Source: Anthoceros angustus
Lineage: Eukaryota > Plantae > Anthocerotophyta
Assembly (NCBI GenBank): GCA_010909165.1
Contig: MU008202.1
Span: 310,001 to 374,000, forward strand
Direction of reading: 5' to 3'
Length of the DNA stretch: 64,000 nt
Positions 60,765 through 64,000 of the stretch are shown here, one piece after another (within the stretch, counting starts at the first letter, position 1; each line of letters opens with the position of its first letter). A program made the position numbers and the translations under genes. The notes under the pieces are model-generated. The model searched no databases. It saw nothing but the letters and a program-made list of their open reading frames with translations, and was not told where the DNA came from.

Positions 60765-63700
60765 TCATTGATCGATATGAGCAAAGAAGTCGTGAACACC
60801 TAACCCTCGCATGTGAACATAATGCTTGTGCTTGGGTAGTCCTTTGGTTAAGATGTCAGCGGTATTGTCATCTGTACAAATATATCCCACCTTGATAACA
60901 CCACGAGCAACAACATCACGGATATAATGATGTTGTATCTCGATGTGTTTTGTTCTGGCATGAAAGGTAGGCTTGGCCACTAACTTGAGTGCCGACATGT
61001 TGTCGCAGAGGATTAAAGTAGGGTGATGCTGAGCCTGGCCAAGATCAGCAAGGAAGCTACGCTCCCACTCAGCTTCTTTGGCTGCCTCGGTCATGGACTT
61101 GTATTCTGCCTCACTGGAGCTCAAAGCTATGGAAGGCTGTTTTTTACTACTCCAGTTGACGGCAGCTGAAGCAAGGAGAAAACAGTATGTCGACAAACCA
61201 AACCGGTCGAGTCAGAGGCCCGATCAGTCTGTCAGTCCGGATGTAAGCTCGGATGCACCACGCGTTTATACATGAGACCATATTTATGTGTGCCCTTAAG
61301 ATAGCGGAAGATCCTTTTCACTACCGGTCGCTCTCCTGTGATTCTCAAGAAATTGGGAAACCGTCGACTGCATATTGTATGCGGTCGATTGGCAACGAGT
61401 AGGCTGCCAAGCTCATGTGTCTGTGAGTACGTCTTCCATGTCTTTGATTTCATCCGATGTCTGTGGGCACTGTGAAAGTGTTAGCTTGGTTCCAGTTGCA
61501 TAGGGTGTGGTCGCTAGCCGTGCTTGATCGAGATTGAACTTCTTAAGTATCTCGTTTATATACTTGTAATGGTGTATGAACATCAGGCCTGCTTCCCTGA
61601 CTCGTAGCAACTGTATACCCAAACAAAACTTTAGTTCGCCAATATCTTTCATGTCAAACTTGTCGTTAAGTTTCTGCTTGACTATTGACAGGTGCTTGAT
61701 CGTTTGTGGCAAGGATAACATCGTCACGCTGAGCCAAGCACAATAGAGGATCCTTGGAAAGCTTATAAACATTGGTATCGGTGTGTTACGAACAAAATCT
61801 ATCTTTGAGTAGATACAGATGCATGGTGATATACCACACCTCCCGCTTTGTTTCAAACCATATATGCATTTCAAGAGTTTTAACACCTTGTGGGGATGTG
61901 CGAGAATCCTCATAGGCCTCAGTGAGCATATATAATTCTTCATCAAGAGCTCCATACGTAAAAGCCGCGTACACGTCCATCTCAAGATCGAGATCAAATC
62001 GGCATAGGCAAGTATAAACCGGATGGATTGACCGCGAACTACGGTGAGAATGTCTCCCAGTAGTCGAGCCCCTCACTTGCGTGAACCCTCTAGCCACAAG
62101 TCGAGCTTTAAAGCAACTTCCCTTTGCATTCAACGAGTTTGAACACTTGCAGGATATGGCCTTGCGGCTGGTGGAAGGTCGCAAGAATCCGTGTGGTTCT
62201 TCACAAGAGCGATATTCATCCTCCCTGCCTTCCACCGCACATGTTCGGGGCCATGGAAGGCTTGGGAAAGGCTAGTAGGCTCATCGGGAAGAACAAGGCT
62301 CGTAGCAAGGGCCTGGACAAGATGTGTGTTCTAAAATCCATCGATAGCGGGTTCATCCCATTCGGTGGTGGCGGCGCGAGACCTCCGGAGCTCTAGGTCT
62401 GGTGCAGCTCATCTAGTCAGGGACATCGTGTTCAAGGTCGACGAGGCGGATCGGCGGCGGCAGATCATCTCGCGCACCAGTTAAACACCCCTCTGCATCT
62501 AGAAAGGCCCCTCGTTAGGTAAAAGTGGGGTCCTAATTCGGGGTTGAAGGTGGCGGCGTTTGATCTCTGGAGCAAGTGATCGTGCAAAAGAATGGCTCCA
62601 TGTCGTCCATAGGATAATCACACATCAAGATCTCGAGGCGCAAGGGCATCCACATCTCAAGAAATCAGGGGGTATTGCCATCAATAACGGAATCTTTGAG
62701 CTGCAGTTCGAGGAAGGTCACATGCGTGCGAGCACAATGGACCCGATATCGTATTGACCAGCTTATACGCTTTTGTCCTTTATGCCCCAACAAAAGAAAG
62801 ACCTGCTCGGGGATCAAGCTTCTTCCTTTTTTCAGTGGGGATGTGTGCAAATGCTCGAGATCCAAAGACCTTCAAATGTAGCAGGCTTGGCTTGCGAGAC
62901 CAGAAAACCTCGTAAGGTGTCTTATGTGGGACGGAGCTCGTCAGCACCCTGTTCAAGATGTACGTTGCAGTAACAATGGCCTCTGCCCAATAACCTTGAG
63001 GTAATCCAGCCCAAATGAGCATGCTTCGAGTCATTGCCAGAAGAGTTTGATTTTTCCGTTTTGACACGCCATTTTGCTGTGGCGTGTAGGGGACAGTGAG
63101 TTGGCGTAGAACTCCATGTTCTTGCAGCAAGTCGTCGAAGAACGATTCACAAATTGTCCCGTTGTCGATTCGAGCACCTTCAAGAAGATGCTGCTCCTCT
63201 CTGATAAAGAACCAGCCGCCTTTGAAAAAGGAAAGTGTGTCACTCTTGATTTGCCGGAATGTCCAGTATATCTACTATAGTCATCTGTCAAGGTGAAAAA
63301 GTATTGAGAACCTCCTAGGGATGGTTCCTGGATTTTCCCTGAGATGTCGGCATGAACTAAACCAAGGACTTGTGATGCCCTATGTGCTGGGGCAGTAGGA
63401 AAGGGAGACGCTTTCTGCTTCGCCAATATACAAGACTCGCACACGGGCAGATCTTTGAAACACTTGGGAAGGGGCTCACGATGGCATTCTGTGATAGACA
63501 TGTCTATCAGCTTGGAGCGATTGACATGCCCCAAGCGAGCATGCCACAGCATGGCCTCTTGATGGAGACTAGGTGACCTAGTCCCATTGAATGGGCGCAT
63601 CTTTGAAACACTTGGGAAGGGGCTCACGATGGCATTCGTGGATAGACATGTTCATCGCCTTGAGCGATTGACATGCCCCAAGCGAGCATGCCACAAGATG

Positions 63701-64000
63701 GCCTCTTGATGGAGACTAGGTGACCTAGTCCTCGTTGAATGGGCGATCGATGTGCGCTTGTTACACGTTATGTCTAATTTGTACAGGTCATTGTCTAAAA
63801 TGCCTTTGAAGACACACCTATCAGGAGACTCTTTTCTGTAAAAACAGCAAGTCTGAAAATCTGCACGCATCAGAAAGGTACGTGATCTCATGACCTGACT
63901 CAACGACATGAGGTTCTTGGCCATGCTTGGTACGAAGAGAACATCTTCTAACATGAGGTGTGTGTGATCATGCAGCATAAACACACATGTTCCTCGACCT
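60765..64000 (-). mobile_element. Ty1/copia LTR retrotransposon pol (PR, GAG-pre-integrase, INT, RT, RNase H), frameshifted; continues beyond the window
   Basis: Motifs in copia order: LEDVLFVPSMAKNLMS, LWHARLGH, DDYSRY, TPQQNGV, FKARLVARGFTQ, YGLKQS, ALSSSEAEY and RTKHIEIQHHYIRD. Confidence 0.95.

Overview
Plant nuclear DNA, most likely from a non-seed plant. Long-L PPR motifs and compact genes point to a hornwort, but this is inference. Frequent homopolymer indels suggest an imperfectly polished long-read assembly. The gene-rich left part (1-26.6 kb) holds a SINE1/2-like ARM-KASH gene, glutathione synthetase (GSH2), a PLS-E+ class PPR gene, GUN1 (PPR-SMR) and a decayed multi-exon gene of unknown function. 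The most striking feature is 9031-16855, where about 1.3 kb of the PPR gene is replaced by a 7.8 kb patchwork of 13 locally templated segments. All segments are in direct orientation and are joined at 14 junctions, mostly with 5-11 bp microhomologies. No segment crosses one particular position, and the pieces reassemble into a complete 30-repeat PPR gene. This fits template-switching repair of a double-strand break that shuffles PPR modules, but an assembly or amplification artefact cannot be excluded from sequence alone. The right part (26.7-64 kb) is a transposon nest: two tail-to-tail LTR-retroelement remnants with an accessory coiled-coil ORF and duplicated LTR pieces, a degenerate Sola2-like DNA transposase, a PIF/Harbinger remnant with a templated filler insertion, and a Ty1/copia pol region.
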